A DNA stretch of 64,000 nt from Geosiphon pyriformis uo1 (taxonomy: Eukaryota > Fungi > Glomeromycota). Within the stretch, counting starts at the first letter, position 1. Every line of letters begins with the position of its first letter. Of the stretch, positions 25,863-39,293 are shown one piece after another. The stretch spans positions 1-64,000 of the forward strand of contig JAAOMT010000694.1 in assembly GCA_016748015.1 (NCBI GenBank). The letters are read 5' to 3'. The notes below the pieces were generated by a model. It did no database searches. It saw only the letters and a program-made list of their open reading frames with translations, and was not told the origin of the DNA. The translations under genes were made by a program, and so were the position numbers.

Positions 25863-28131
25863 GTTTAACAAGCAAGACCCAATCACTATCTAATGCAATA
25901 TGACTATGTAGGGTCTTAAATTAGATGTAGTTCACATGTTTCCTATATGTAACCAGCTACTCGAACCAGTTCAGGCTATACTACATTGATGCACTAGAAG
26001 AAAACTTACCCAAAAATGACATCTTTTGAATAACCAAAAACAGAATCACACTACAAGGAACCAATCCAACCAGCCATTCAGCTGTTTTTAAGGCATTAGC
26101 TTTAACATCAATAGGCTCATGTTCTCAAAGGGACAACAAGTTAGAAAACACCTCATCATCCAACCCAACTAGATGCTCTGAATTACCAAACATATCAATA
26201 TCCTCCATGCAGTATTCTTTTTTTAAAGAAACCATTTCTCTCTCCAACTTATCAACAATCTTACTAAAAGAACCCATATGTACCATAATCTCATTGATCT
26301 TAAGGCCAAGTTTACTGCTTAAAACCAAATTCTCATTAATAAATTGCTCAAACAATTTGACCAAGGAACCAACTGGTTTAACAATAGACTCAACCAAAGT
26401 AGAAAGCTTGACCAAATCAGATTCCAAAAAAACCAACCGAAAAGACACTAAGGAATTACCAACAACCATAGAAGAAGAAATAGAAGCTGCCAAGGGAGGA
26501 AACTCAGAAGAATCCAGGAAAGCAAAAGCTTTTACATAAAAAACACCACCCACAAAATGAGACTTGAAAACCTTGGGAATCTTGGGAGTAGGAGGTGGGG
26601 AAATCTTGCAATTCACAGCCAGATGGCCCATTTCTTGACACCTAAAGCAGTGCCAGCAGCCAAGAGTTTCCCACTAGATATGGTATTTCCTTAGAGTATT
26701 AGTCTTGACTACAGCAGAATTCAAATCACTTTGAGAGTTAAATATAACCAAAGCAAACTGGGAACAATGACCAGAATTAGGAAAACGAGGGATAAAACAT
26801 GTTCAATCACCAATATGAGAAATCATATTACTGATTTCAAAGGTAGTATAGCCAGGGGGAAGGTTGACCAATTTGGCCTTAAACTTATCATGAGACAAAA
26901 TAGTCTCATTTTGATTCACCAGAGGAAGGATTCTAATACTATTCTTGCCCATCAAGACTGACCAATGCTTTAAGGCAGACACAGCAGAGTCCAACTTTTC
27001 AAAATAAACCACTACATACTGCCAAATGCCAGCAGGCTTCAGCACAACATGAGTAACACTACCAAATACACTGAAAGCCAACTTAATGTCAGCAATAGAC
27101 ACACCCAAAAATACATTATGCAGCACAACAGCAGCAGGAGGGAAACCAGATTCAGAAACCACCAAAGACTTGGCAATTTTGAGAGTGGCCAAATGAACAG
27201 AGCTTGTAAGCTCAACCAAAAACACAGCTTCCAAAGACTGTTGAGAAGCAAACTCCACACAGAAAAGCTTTACATTGTCTTTTGAAACAGATTTAGCACC
27301 CAAAAAACCATGCACAGACTGAAAAACAGTCTTAACATAAGCCAATTTGATCTTAAAAGTAGCACCAGGCACCAGAGTGGAGGCCACCCACCCAGCAAAC
27401 CTTTGATGACTAGTAATAGTTTTCCAAGCACCACCAGAAGTAGCACCATAAACTAGAGGAGAAGATGAATCAGTTTCCATTTGATCAGCCCAGTTTCCAA
27501 GAACAGGTGACCCAACAAGAGGAGATTGTTTTGCTTTCACTACCAGTGATGATCTGCTGGAAAACACCACATTTGACAACACAACCAGTGGTTGATCTTG
27601 GCCCATCTTGGATGATGTGCCAGATGATGCTATAGAGATCTCATCTAAGATCTCATTGGGAACCACAAAGGGATTCGGTGTAACAATAGCAGAGGCAAGC
27701 AACTGCCCCCACTTTTCTGAACTTTTGGTCTTTTTGACCATTTTTTTTGAAGAGGAAGTGCTAGCAGCACCAGATGTTGAAGCTATAGAAGGAAATACCA
27801 GCTTATTTACTGATCTATTATTAAAAACTTTTGGGCTTTTGGTTGGGGTGGAGGCAACACTAAGACTAACCCAGGTGTGTTTCTTTGAAGGGACTTTGAC
27901 TGGTAAGAAACCAGCCAAAGATGAGGAAGTTGCTTCAGTGGCTACCAAAGGCAGCTTATCACAATTACTGGGTAAGGAGAAGACTTCTAAAACGTTTTGC
28001 CTAGTTGCTTCTACAACAGAGAGAGCTCCTTTGGTTGAAATTTTATTAGATATCTCAGGACAGATATCAGGTGTAGCTTTTTTACTTTTTGCTCTGGTTG
28101 TGGTCATAAAATTAAGGAAACAAAGAGTTTT
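25826..28131 (-). mobile_element. ORF1-only retroelement (copy H3), full-length and relatively young
   Basis: T34 run at 25826-25859 is the poly(A) tail. TSD about TGTTTTTTTT (25824-25833 and 28132-28141). The host LINE frame rejoins as NHVF|FGVI. Confidence 0.92.
25981..28107 (-). pseudogene. ORF1-like protein, 708 codons, three in-frame stops, no frameshift
   Basis: The ORFs at 26803-28155 and 26125-26631 share one frame. MTTTRAKSKK...CFRCQEMGHLAVNC...SSASM*. Confidence 0.88.
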
Positions 28132-29369
28132 TGTTTTTTTTGGTGTTATAAGCATTATTACTTTTAATGATTTGTTGTGAGTGATTAAAGATTTGCCTGT
28201 TAAAAAGATGGCTGGTTTGTCTGGTATTTTTAATAAATTTTGGAAGCATTGTAATATTACTGTTCTTATAATGTTTTTGAATCTCTTGAATATGTGTTTG
28301 GCAAGTAAGTCTGTGCTTCAACTATGGAAAAAAGCTTAGGTGTTAATAATTTTTAAGTTTTATGAATGAAAAGAGATTTTAATTAATACCAGGTTAATTG
28401 TTTTAATTAAGACTGTTCAAAAGATTTTTTCTAAAATACTTTTGAATAAAATATTATCAATCTATAGTAAGTTCAATGTTTTTTGTGATAATAATTTTTC
28501 TGTTCTTAAGAACACTATTACTTAATTTTCTATTTTTGTGGTGGATGCAGTGATTGAAGATACTTTGAAAAAGAGTTATGAATTTTGGCTGGTTTTGCAG
28601 GATATACAAAAGATCTATAACTTTATTAATTGGCATCACTTAAAAAATAGTTTAGTTCAGATTAAGATGTGTAAACATTTCATTAAATTCTTTGGTAATA
28701 TTTATAATAATAAAAAAAACCAGGTAATAATAAATTATGAACTCATTGATAAGTATTGCATGCATGATAGTTTAAATCAGAATAAGATTTTTTTTTTTTT
28801 GCTTTGGAGAATCTTCTATGATTCTCTCTTGTGTAAAGTTAAGAGGCATGAGAGTTTATGTAGTTACTGTATTAACACTAAATTTGTTGCCAAATTAGGC
28901 AGAATAAAGGTTTAGAGTGAGTTGACTTTATATATGACAGCTGTTGTTTTTATTGATAACACAATTTGGGTAAGAAGTAGTCAAATTGTTACTCAATATA
29001 TTTTGGACATTACAAGTAATTTTTTTAAATTGAATGACATTTTTATAAATAATAAGAAAATAGTAACTATTTCTATTAATCAGAAAGTTAGAGATATTTT
29101 ACTTTTAATAAGTGGTTTGTCAATATTTTGCATAGAAAGAAAAGTCTTATAGTATCTTGGTATTTTTTGTTTTCTAAAGGTCTATCAAAACTAGTTTAGT
29201 AAAAATCTATTTGGATATCAGGTTTTTTGCCAATTTAGTCTTAAAAAAAGCTATCTTAGACAAGCAATTTTTTTATTTAGTTTTAATAATATTGCAGCTT
29301 ATTGTTAATTATAGAATACAGTTTAGTTTTGTATTTAGTAGTGTGTATAATAAATAAGATACACTGGTT

Positions 29370-30138
29370 AGTTAGCTTTGAATTAGATAAAACTCTTCAA
29401 ATAAATTACACTATGAATAGCTTGATTTCACCAAAGCTCAATTTTTTTGGAGAGGATAATGTTATGATTGAAACCTATATTTTTTATTAATTATCACATA
29501 TATTAGCCACTAATGTTATATAATTAGCTACTCTATTTTTAGATAGTGATCATTAACCTGATCAATAATTTGACTGTTGACCTGATCATTGACCTAATTA
29601 TTGACCACTTTTGATAGCTATATAAGCAATGAATTTCTTAACTGTAGAAAAGCATGTAAGAATTAAAGAAAAAAAAGAAATAAAATAACAACTTTCATCT
29701 TAATCATTCTTTTATTGCTAATTTCCCTTTTCTTACTTTCAAGTATCTGAACATCTTGGGATAAAAGATCACTTGTTGGATATTTCTTACTCTTTTCCTG
29801 AAATATGTAATTGCAGTATTTAAAGATTATTGAATAAAACGTAACTGAAAAGTATATCTAATACCTGATATTGAATTCCAAAAGCACTGATATAAGGCAT
29901 AGAATTATACCAGTGTGTGATGATTTGTTAACAGTATAGACTATCCCTCTATCTTTAAATTCTCCAGTTATCTTTTGAAAAGTACAGTGACTGAGATATT
30001 TTATGAGACTGATCTTGTACATTGAATCCTTACTTATTCAATTCATTTCTTAAAGTTGAAATCTCTTTGATTATTTCCATCACTCTACAATTCTGTTCTC
30101 CTTTGCTATTTATTAGCTTGTTATTTCAATCTATAATA
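29370..30138 (+). mobile_element. Truncated family A 3' end (copy A3): ORF-X tail, PPT and LTR 29460-30138 (5 repeat units)
   Basis: VSFELDKTLQ...; ggagaggataa followed by tgttatgattg. Fused to LINE ORF2 on the left. Confidence 0.88.
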
Positions 30139-30305
30139 CTATTTTAAATGGTTCAGGGTATTGTGTAATTTGATTATCTTAATTTCTATGGTACAAATCA
30201 GATTATTAATTAAGTAATAATATTTGATAATTTGATTAAATAATAAGTGATAATCAAAATAATAATAATATATGCTAATTAATAGCTAAAATTCTACTAG
30301 TAATA
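30139..30305 (-). repeat. 5' end of a family D LTR (fragment)
   Basis: Its reverse complement matches 37705-37826 joined to 55264-55345, showing the uninterrupted form with a single ATAT. Confidence 0.82.
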
Positions 30306-31360
30306 TTGAAACATCAGAGGCAATGAAGGAAGGAGACAAAGACACTAGCTTGGAGTCATCCAAAATCATCTTCAAACCCAAATCCAAATTGGTAGCCATA
30401 GGAGTGTCCAAGACTAAAGAGGAAGAAGAAGGAGCCTGAAACATCAATTTAAAATTGTTGAGTTTGTACATAATGCCAAAAACTTAATTGGTCAGAAGTT
30501 CTAAGGAAGCCAAATGAGTACTTAAAAAAGAAGTATCAGCAGAAGTAAAAGAAAAAGCACTCTTTGAACCTAAGACATTAAGAAAAGAAGAACTAGAACT
30601 AGACCCAAAGCGAGTACCACCAGAAGAATCAGCAAGTGAAACCATTTGGACCCAAGATTTGCCACCAAAGACAGCAGAACAAAAGATCAGAACACTTTTT
30701 TTTCATACAACTTGGCAAGCCAAAAACAAACTTCTTTAGAGGCAACCTTTTTATATGATTTTTTTGATGATGACAACACAGATATATCTGATGCATTACA
30801 TTCAAAAGTTAAATACCCAAAATGTCTACACTTCTTACAACAAACCAAATTCATCCTAGCCCAAGAGAGTTTTACTCCATTAAAGATAGATTTTGTGTGA
30901 AAAACAGATTCCAGATTATTATTGGAGTCAAAACTAACCACAGCATAGTGAATTCTATTATCAGTTTTTATAGATCTATTTATGACACAAGTTTTTCTAC
31001 CAGCATTTTCTAAAAGAGTCTTAAGATCATGTATTATTGTACCCATTAGCAAAGTAAACAAAAGTGCTCTGAAATGATCTTTAGATGCCCAAATCTCATA
31101 ATCTTCTATAGTCTTGGCTATGTGCACAGAATTTTTCCCAATTAAGAATGACTATTTTAAGACCAACAGATTAACTTAATCTAATTTGGCAAATTCTACT
31201 ATAGTCTTCTGTCATATTCCAATCAATTGAATTTTAATTGACTTAATTTCTCCAAATTCAGATACTGCAGTAATGATCATATCCTTAGATGTATCTATGG
31301 GAATTTTTTTGATTACTATAGCCTAATTTGACCTTATTTTTTGTCTTCTAAGATTGTTGT
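30306..31360 (-). pseudogene. LINE ORF1 fragment (L-1 family)
   Basis: FRALLFTLL, CKKCRHFGYLTFEC, LAKLYEKK. Homologous to about 17010-18060. Confidence 0.85.
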
Positions 31361-32193
31361 TGTTACAGATGATTATTTGGAGTCTCAAATCAAATAACAA
31401 ATCTGTAACTTGGTACTCAATTGATAAGGTTGTTGGTAATATCTGAAGGTGTTATTTTATCTGAAGATTTTGTTATGGAGTTCTTTGTATAATGGACAGA
31501 GATTTTAATAGTTGTTTTCAGTAGTCTCTCAGAATCGCAATTCCATTGAATTTCTTTCTCAGCATAATGGCCAGTAATCTTTCTGGTAAGCTATCCTCAA
31601 ATCTATAAATGTTCTATCCTTGTTTCACAGGTTTTTTACTAGTCTCTATGATGTCTGTAACTCAGTGCTTTAATCTTTAATCAATTAGTCAACCAAAAAA
31701 AAATACAAAGAAAATAAAGAAATGAGCAAAAGCAATTGCAAGTTAGTATCCTGTCAATAGCCATAATCAAGAGCTATTGTTCCAGCATGGTTAAGTATTA
31801 ATTACTATCAACATGAAGTGTCAATAGTGAAGAGTGGATTGAGATAATGAATAATTATTTATTGATATTTGTGAATAGAAAATTGTTTAGATCAAATCTA
31901 AACTGAGAGGTCTGTCTTTTTTACTTCTAATACTACCACTATATATACATAATTGAGATCCCTCAATTTCTCAATTTTTTACACTAAGAATCTTGGAATT
32001 CCTAGAATCCTGCAATTTCTTTTGAGAGAAATTCTGGAATTTTGGAATTCTGCAATTCCTTATATAAGAATCCTGAAATTCTTGGAATCCTGCAATTCCT
32101 CTTAAAAAAAATCCTGGAATTCCACATTTACTATGGCTACTTCTAATTAGCTAATTTATATGCTAATATACTTTCTATATTTTATGAGTAACA
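31361..32193 (-). repeat. 3' LTR of B2
   Basis: Homolog of 2364-3215 with TG...CA termini. Confidence 0.9.
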
Positions 32194-32846
32194 TTATTCT
32201 CTTCTTTTTAATATTGAGCTCTATTGAGATCTCCCAAATTTCCTAACTCTAATTCTCTGTCATTGAGTATTTTTTGAACTTTTTTTTCAAGAATTACTTG
32301 AGTTATCTTGTTCTGTAATTCTTCAAATTGGTTGTTAGTTATTTTTCTCATCTGGTTAACTATAATGAAGTCCAATTCCGAATTAAGTAAGATTTCCAGT
32401 CTGTCTTAAAATCTCATATGTAACCTATAAATGGCTCTTGCTTGTGTAGTCAAATTGTTTTTTTCTACAAATTGTTCTAGTTGTTGCAGTATTGTTGTGT
32501 TGAATAGTTATTTTGTTTTATTTGTGTATAAGTTCTGAATATTCAAGTGTCATTCCAAGTAGAAATAACAAAAGTTTCTTAGAAATTCATGTATCCATTA
32601 TTTCTAAGTTTCTTTGGTCAATTCTTGATATGTAGTGACATTTGTTGGTTTTTCTATTGTTAATTTTATTTTCAGAACCATTTTGTTGATACTGTTTTCT
32701 GTTTTTCTTTGACTTTTGTATTTGGGTATTTTTCTGGTGTTTCGGTATTGAATGGTTTATTGATTAATAGTAATTTCTATATTCTGTTGTTGAATTAGTT
32801 GGAAGAATTGTTGTGCTAGTGAGTAGATATTGTCAGTAATTTCCAT
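32156..32846 (-). pseudogene. Family B ORF-X
   Basis: MEITDNIYSLAQQFF..., homologous to 1721-2401. Confidence 0.65.
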
Positions 32847-32906
32847 TTTTCTGAAATTTTTTATTGCATTTACCATGTCTTTATATACTCTTTTTATTGT
32901 TCAATT

Positions 32907-34284
32907 TTACGTGTTTGGTCTAATGATTATGATTGGTTCCAAATCTCATAGAATTTCATCTGGTTGGATTAGTATTCTCTGTACTCCTAATTGTGGAATA
33001 TTACTGGTGGATGGTAACACTATATGGTGATATGATTTTAGTCAATCTCTATGTGCTGCTTTGGCTAAGATTTTGTTGTTCCATCTTAATTTATAAGTTC
33101 TATTTCCAAGAATTTCTTCTATATGAAATGGTCCATCTCATTTGGAGTTAAATTTTCCACTCTATTGTTTTTTCATTTTAGTATAATGTAGAAGTACTTT
33201 GTCTCCAATTTTAAATTCAACTGGTTTATCTAGTAGTTGGTTATTGTGTCTTTTTTTTTGTTTTTCTTGTGACTTTTGGATGTTATTAGCTGCTTTTTGC
33301 CATTTTGTTTTCTAATGTTTCCATTAAGTTATATGTTCTTCTTAGCAATGTTCTTTGGAAATTCTTTTCTGTTATTGATTCTGTTAGATATGTTTTGACT
33401 TTTATCTTAACTGGTAATGTTGCTGTTCTACCATATACTAATTCAAATGATGTTGCTTGTATAGTGTCTTGCTTTATTGTTTGATATGCAAATAATACTG
33501 ATGGTATGATTAAATCTCATTTATCTTGGTTTTTTTGGCTGATTTTGGCTATTGTTTCACATAGTGTTCTGTAGAATCTTTTGACTAACTCATTTGTTTG
33601 TAGATAGTATGGTGATAATAATGGTTTTTTTATTCCAAATCTTTGGCTTAATTCTGCTAATATTCTATTTACAAAGTGAGTTCCTTGATCAAATAATAAT
33701 TTTTTTGGACATTCATGTCAATAGATCAGATCTTGATGAACAAATTCGGCAATAGATTCTGCATCTGCTCTTTGAATGGCTTTTGCTTCTGGCCATTTAA
33801 TAAGATAGTCTATAACTACTGCAATATATTTGTTGCCTCTGCTGGTGATTGTTAATGGTCTAACTAAATCAATTCCAATATAATCAAATAGTTGTCCCAC
33901 TTTGATTGGTCTCAATGGTTCACTGGGTTTTGTTCCTTCTCTTTTCTGACAAGTATCACAGTTTTGAACATACTGAATGATGTCTGGATACATTGATGAC
34001 CAATAGTATCTTTTCCTAGTTCTTTCTATGGTTGCTTCTTTATGAAAATGTCCTGTTGTTGGATTTGAATACATGTTGAACAATATTGTCTCTTTTTCTG
34101 GTTCTGTAATTACTCTTGTTGGCTAGTCTGGATTTTTTCTGTTTTTTCAGTAAAGTATATTTTGATGATTGATAAAATATTTTGATTGTTGTTTTATGTT
34201 GTTTTGTTCCTTTTGAGATAATTTCTCCTTGAATAATTGGGTATTTATATAATGTTGGAGTTGTTGGTATTTTTGTATATTTAT
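32907..34284 (-). pseudogene. Integrase of B2
   Basis: GHFHKEAT...YVQNCDTCQ, IGIDLV, IDYLIKWPEA, DQGTHF. Confidence 0.9.
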
Positions 34285-34314
34285 CTTTTGTTATATTTTT
34301 GGGTTAAAATGTTT

Positions 34315-37300
34315 TTAGATTTGTCTCATTCATGACAAACCATCAGCATTTCTATTGTCTTTTTCTTTTTTATAACATACTGTATAATTGAATGATAAAA
34401 GTTCTATTTTCTATCTGACATGGTAGTCATCTCCAAATTTTTGTTTCTGAATTAAAATCAATCCTTTGTAATTAGTGTACACCTTAAACTTTTAACTCAA
34501 GTATTCCTTCCACTTGATAACAGCCCAATAGATGGCTAAGTGTTCCAGTGCTGGAGTTCTATAGTTTTTTTCAACTGGACTTAAGCTTCTGTTGGCATAA
34601 GCTACTGGGTGTTCTTATCTATCAGTTTCTTTCTGAGATAATACTGCTCCCAATGCTTGACCAGATGCATCAGTTGTGATTATGAATGGCTTGCTATGAT
34701 CTAGATAGATTAGTACTAGAGCTTGAATAAGCTTTCTTTTTAATGTATTAAAAGCTTCTTGCTGAATTCTGGTCCATTCATATTTGGTGTTCTTTGTTTG
34801 GAGTTGGTATAGTGGTTGAGCTATTTTGGAAAAGTTCTTGATAAAGTGGTAGTAATATCCAGCAAATTTCAAGAATTCTCTCAATTCTGTGAGATTATTT
34901 GGTATTGGAAAGTTTTTGATGATCTTAATCTTGTCTGGATCTATTTTGATTCTATCTTTGCTCACAAAATGCCCCAAAAACTTGAGTTCAGTTTTTCCAA
35001 AAAAACATTTGGTTGCATTTAACTTTAATTCGGCTCTTTTTAGTCTTTTAAACACTTGTTAGAAATAATGCAGATGATCATTGAATGTTTTTGAAAACAC
35101 ATTGGTGTCATCCAAATATATGATTACTGATTTCCATAGTAGCCTAATATAAACAATTTCCATAAGTTGCTGAAAAGTGGCTGGAGCATTTATCAAGCCA
35201 AATAGTATTACTTTGAATTCAAAGTTTCCTTCTCAAGTTGTAAAAGCCATTTTTTTTTTGTCTTCTGGTTTCATGGCTACTTGCCAGTAACCACTGTCTA
35301 AGTCTAACGTTGAAAATTATTTCTTTTCTCTAAAAGCATTAAAAAATTCTTGAATCTTTGGAGTTAGGTAGCTGTCTTCTTTTGTTACTCCATTCAGTTT
35401 TCAGTAATCCACACAAAAGCGGATTTTCTCATTCTTCTTATGGATTAGTACCACTGATGATAATCATGGGCTTATTAATGACTGAATTAACCTGTTGTTA
35501 AGCATCTGATTAATTTCTTGATGAATAATCTCATAGCTGGCTGGTGGTATTCTGTATGCTCTTTGTTTAATTGACATTCTATCTCCAGTTTTGATCTGGT
35601 GCTGGATTATATCAGTTCTGCCAAACTCATTTTCACTGGCAAAGATGTCATTGAAATTGTTGAGTAATATATTAAGTTGTATATGTTGTAGTGGATCTAA
35701 GTTTTCTATGTTCATTTGTTCCAATTGTTTTGGTTGAAGCAAATAACATTTATTTTGTCCATATATTGTTTGAGATGTGATATCCACATATTCACACAGT
35801 TGTGAAAAATCTGAAATGGTGTTTGGGAATTGGTCTTCAATTTCTGTGGTCAAGTATCTAATGGTGGTTTTTTTTGGTATTTTAATAATGTCTCCTGTAT
35901 TATTGTAAATGGGGATTTTGATGTGGCTGTGGTTTTTGGCTGGTATATGTAAATTGACTAATCCGATCTTTTCTGATTTACAAAATGTTGCTTCTGCTTT
36001 AAAAATTTGTATTTGATCTTTTACTTTTCTTTCTATAATTACCATGTACTAGTTATATGATGGAATAGAAATTGGTTAATAGATGGAGATAATTTTTCTC
36101 TTGTCAATAATTTCTTCCTCTGCCATATTAACTGGTACATCTATTCTACTCATGGATTTGAATCTCTGTATTTCTCTAGCTGTGATTCCTAATTCTTTCC
36201 TGTTTTCTACTGATACTAATTAAGCTATTTTGACCAGAAGCAGAAATATTGCCTGTGCTATCTTTTCATTTAGATCTATAATATATGTCTTTTCTGAGTT
36301 ATTTTGTAGCATTGCAATGATATTTTCTATGTATTTTGTGTCAATTATTTCTCCTCAGATGTTAATTCCCTTTTTGGCTAAGCTACTCCTAGATGCTAAC
36401 TGAATCATTGTTGTTGCTGGAATTTTCAGTGCTATTTTGAGATCAATGCAGGTGCACAAATGGAGTTCTAATTTAATGGAATTTTTTTTCAGATATCTCA
36501 GATCAAATTCTGCATTAGTATTATGTGTGCATTCTGGCATAATATTTTCATTATTATTACTGAACCATTTAAGTTCTTGTTTCTTGGTGAAATCAGGGAG
36601 TGCAATATATGTTTTGGGATTTGAATCGGAGTTCAAATTGCTATATTTTCTATTGTCACATTGAGCTGAACTAGAATTATTGTTTTCATCATCATTATTG
36701 TCAGAGTTTGAATTAGGATTGAAAGTTGATTCCGATTCTGATGCACAGCTGCTGATTGGTTTCTTCTTTTTTGGAATTGTGTAGATCATGTGAATTGGTA
36801 AATTGTAAATGAGATCATACTTATTACAATATTGAAAGTCACATGGGATTAAACAGTGGTCACATAGTCTTGTATTTATTTCTTCCAACCATTGCTCTTG
36901 TTCCTCTTTAGTGGGTGCTAATTCTTGGTAGTGTTCATGGAATTGTTCTGAATCCAGGAGGTTTATGACTGGTTTTGGGTCTCAGTCAAGTTTTATGGAC
37001 TCAGAAAGGTTATTTTTGATTGTCTTTATTTCTCCTGGTGTTGCTCCTTCAATTTTGGTGAGAGCCATTTGCCAAATTTTGTCATCATTGTGTGGACATC
37101 CGTTAAAGTGTTTAACTGTTTGTCTCCAGACAGCGTCTATGGGTGTTTCTTTTTTTACCTAGTTATTTATAAAAATTGTGTATTGATATGATTCATCACA
37201 TGTTCTTCCTCTCCCAAGAATGTTATCCACATTTCTTCATTGAAAAAAGTTTTACCACAAGCCAAGCATGGCTTATTATTCTATTTTCTAACTTATTTTG

Positions 37301-37704
37301 GTCTTCCAAAGCATTCAATGATGCATGGGTGGCAATAAAATTTAGTTGCCATTAGGTATTCCTTATTGTTACCACAGCATGCGCTCATTGATGACAATTT
37401 TTTGTCACAATCAACACATATAAGCTTTGGTTGATGATAATGTGATTGTGGTGGTTGAAAGTAAGTATATGGGATATATATTGTGGTAGTAATTGGTTCT
37501 GGTCCTTCTTCTTTTCCTTTTTCTTTCTCTTCCCAAGTCCAAATTGGTGACTGCTTACTTTGACTATTACTGTTCCAATAACTTTGGTTAGTTTTCCCAG
37601 TAAGTTCTTCTTCTCTTTTTTCCTTTTCTTTGTTATTTCATGATAGTATTAGTGGCAGTTCATTGTGTTCTGTGTTGGCTCAGAAGACTTGGTAGGCTTC
37701 TCAG
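34315..37704 (-). pseudogene. pol of B2: Cys-rich domain, dUTPase, RT, RNase H
   Basis: KFLGH, TTDASGQALGAVL, NADGLS; CDHCLIPCDFQYC. Confidence 0.9.
36146..36543 (-). pseudogene. dut: dUTPase domain in B2 pol
   Basis: AEFDL (motif I), RSSLAKKG (II), decayed motif III, KIAQ (IV) and decayed motif V. Confidence 0.8.
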
Positions 37705-37826
37705 TATTACCAGTAAAATTTTAGCTATTAATTAGCATGAAATTACTTTTATAATTCCTATTATTAATTAGCATATATTATTATCATTTCAATTATCACT
37801 TATTATTTAATCAAATTATCAAATAT

Positions 37827-38455
37827 TGTTATGGTTGAAACCTATACTTCTTATCAATTATTACATGTATTAGCCACTAATGTCATATAATTAGCCACAC
37901 TATTTTTAGAAAGTAATTATTGACTACTTTTGATAGCTATATAAGCGATGAATCTTTTAGCTGTAAAAAAACATGTAATAACAAGCATTTGAATAATCAA
38001 GAATAAATAAAATAACAACTTTCATCTCAATTCTTCTCTTATTGCTAATTTCCATTTCCCTACTTTCAAGTATCTGAACATTTTAAAGATAAAAGATTAC
38101 TTGTTGGTCTTTTCTTGATGTATATAATTGTAGCATTTGAAAATTATTTGAATAAACATGACTGAAAAGCACAAGTTGATACCTGATATTAAATTCTAAG
38201 AGCACTGACGTGAGGCATAAAATTATACTAGTGGTAATCAATTGTTGACAGTACAGACTATCCCTTTACTTTCAGATTCCCCAGTTATCTTTGAAAAAAA
38301 TAGCAACTGAAATATTTTATGAGACTGATCTTGCACATTGAATACATACTTATTTAATTCACTCTTTAAAGTTGAATTCCTCTTTGATTATTTCCATCAC
38401 TCTACAATCCTGTTCTCTTTTGCTATCTATTAACTTGTTACTCCAACTCGTAACA
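37827..38455 (+). repeat. 5' LTR of A2
   Basis: tgttatggttg...caactcgtaaca, with PBS at 38462. Confidence 0.95.
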
Positions 38456-39293
38456 TAAAAGTGGTGCTTCCTGTAAGGTTGTCAAAATTCACTTATTTCC
38501 TCATTGTATGGGTGATTATTCATACTTGTCACAGCAATTAGAAGAACACTTTGCAGCACACAACAGAAACGACCTAGAGTTTATTGAACTCAATCCTCTG
38601 CCCTTCTGCTTGATCTGTTTTCCTATTAAAGAACAATCCAGTAGACAATTTCAAGACTTTTGGAACTGGTTCCTGAACAAGCATTCAGCTGAAACCTACA
38701 CAGCTTATACTATCTATTACTTTGATCAAGCTTATTTTGAAGACAATTTTGAAAAAAGAAATACCAACATTAATCAGCTTTTATACTCCACAACCTTTGA
38801 ACAACAGCCCCCTGATTTCGAATATTTGAATCACCAAATCTATATTTGAATTGCTGCTCACCAACTAGTTGAAAACCCCTTTGAAACAGAAGAAGAAAGT
38901 TACCAAACTGCTCCTATTTTTGATATTTTCTCAAGTGAATCAGAGCACTCCACACAAACAATAACTCCTGAACCAATGGCCCAAGATCCAATACAAGCAA
39001 ACATCCTGACTGCCCTCCAAAGTATACAAACTGCCTTGGGGCAAAAAAACAACACTCTACTACTATTATTTAGAGGTGATGCACAAGATCCAATTGAATG
39101 GTTGGATGACTTTGAGAGAGCTGCTACAGCTAACCAATACGATAATGAGTACAAGTTTCAAATTGTTGGTGGCTACCTTCAAAGCTCCCCTGCCATCTGG
39201 TTCTCACAAGAAACTGATGCCAATGCTCATCAAAGAATCAGTAGATGGATGCCAGCAAATGTTGAAGAAAACAATACCTCTTTTACAACCCAG

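Larger units (their letters stand above)
22417..29369 (+). mobile_element. LINE (copy L-2), more decayed; ORF1 about 22514-24341, ORF2 from 24338; interrupted by H3 and truncated after RT
   Basis: FSKVNGF, AVIVKKIP, CAKCGNLDHTLLGC, LLFKNKLSVSILGLY, LQDIQKIY, VFIDNTIW. Confidence 0.88.
31361..37704 (-). mobile_element. Gypsy family B element (copy B2), from the 3' LTR to the post-protease region; interrupted by element D
   Basis: LTR 31361-32193, PPT, ORF-X, IN, RNase H, RT (IYLDDT near 35110), dUTPase and Cys-rich domain. Confidence 0.9.

Noticed and set aside
27608-28180. Antisense ORFs (also 6342-6659, 7718-8074, 13657-14064, 46496-46735)
   Set aside because: Shadow frames of low-complexity coding sequence on the opposite strand, with no independent motifs.
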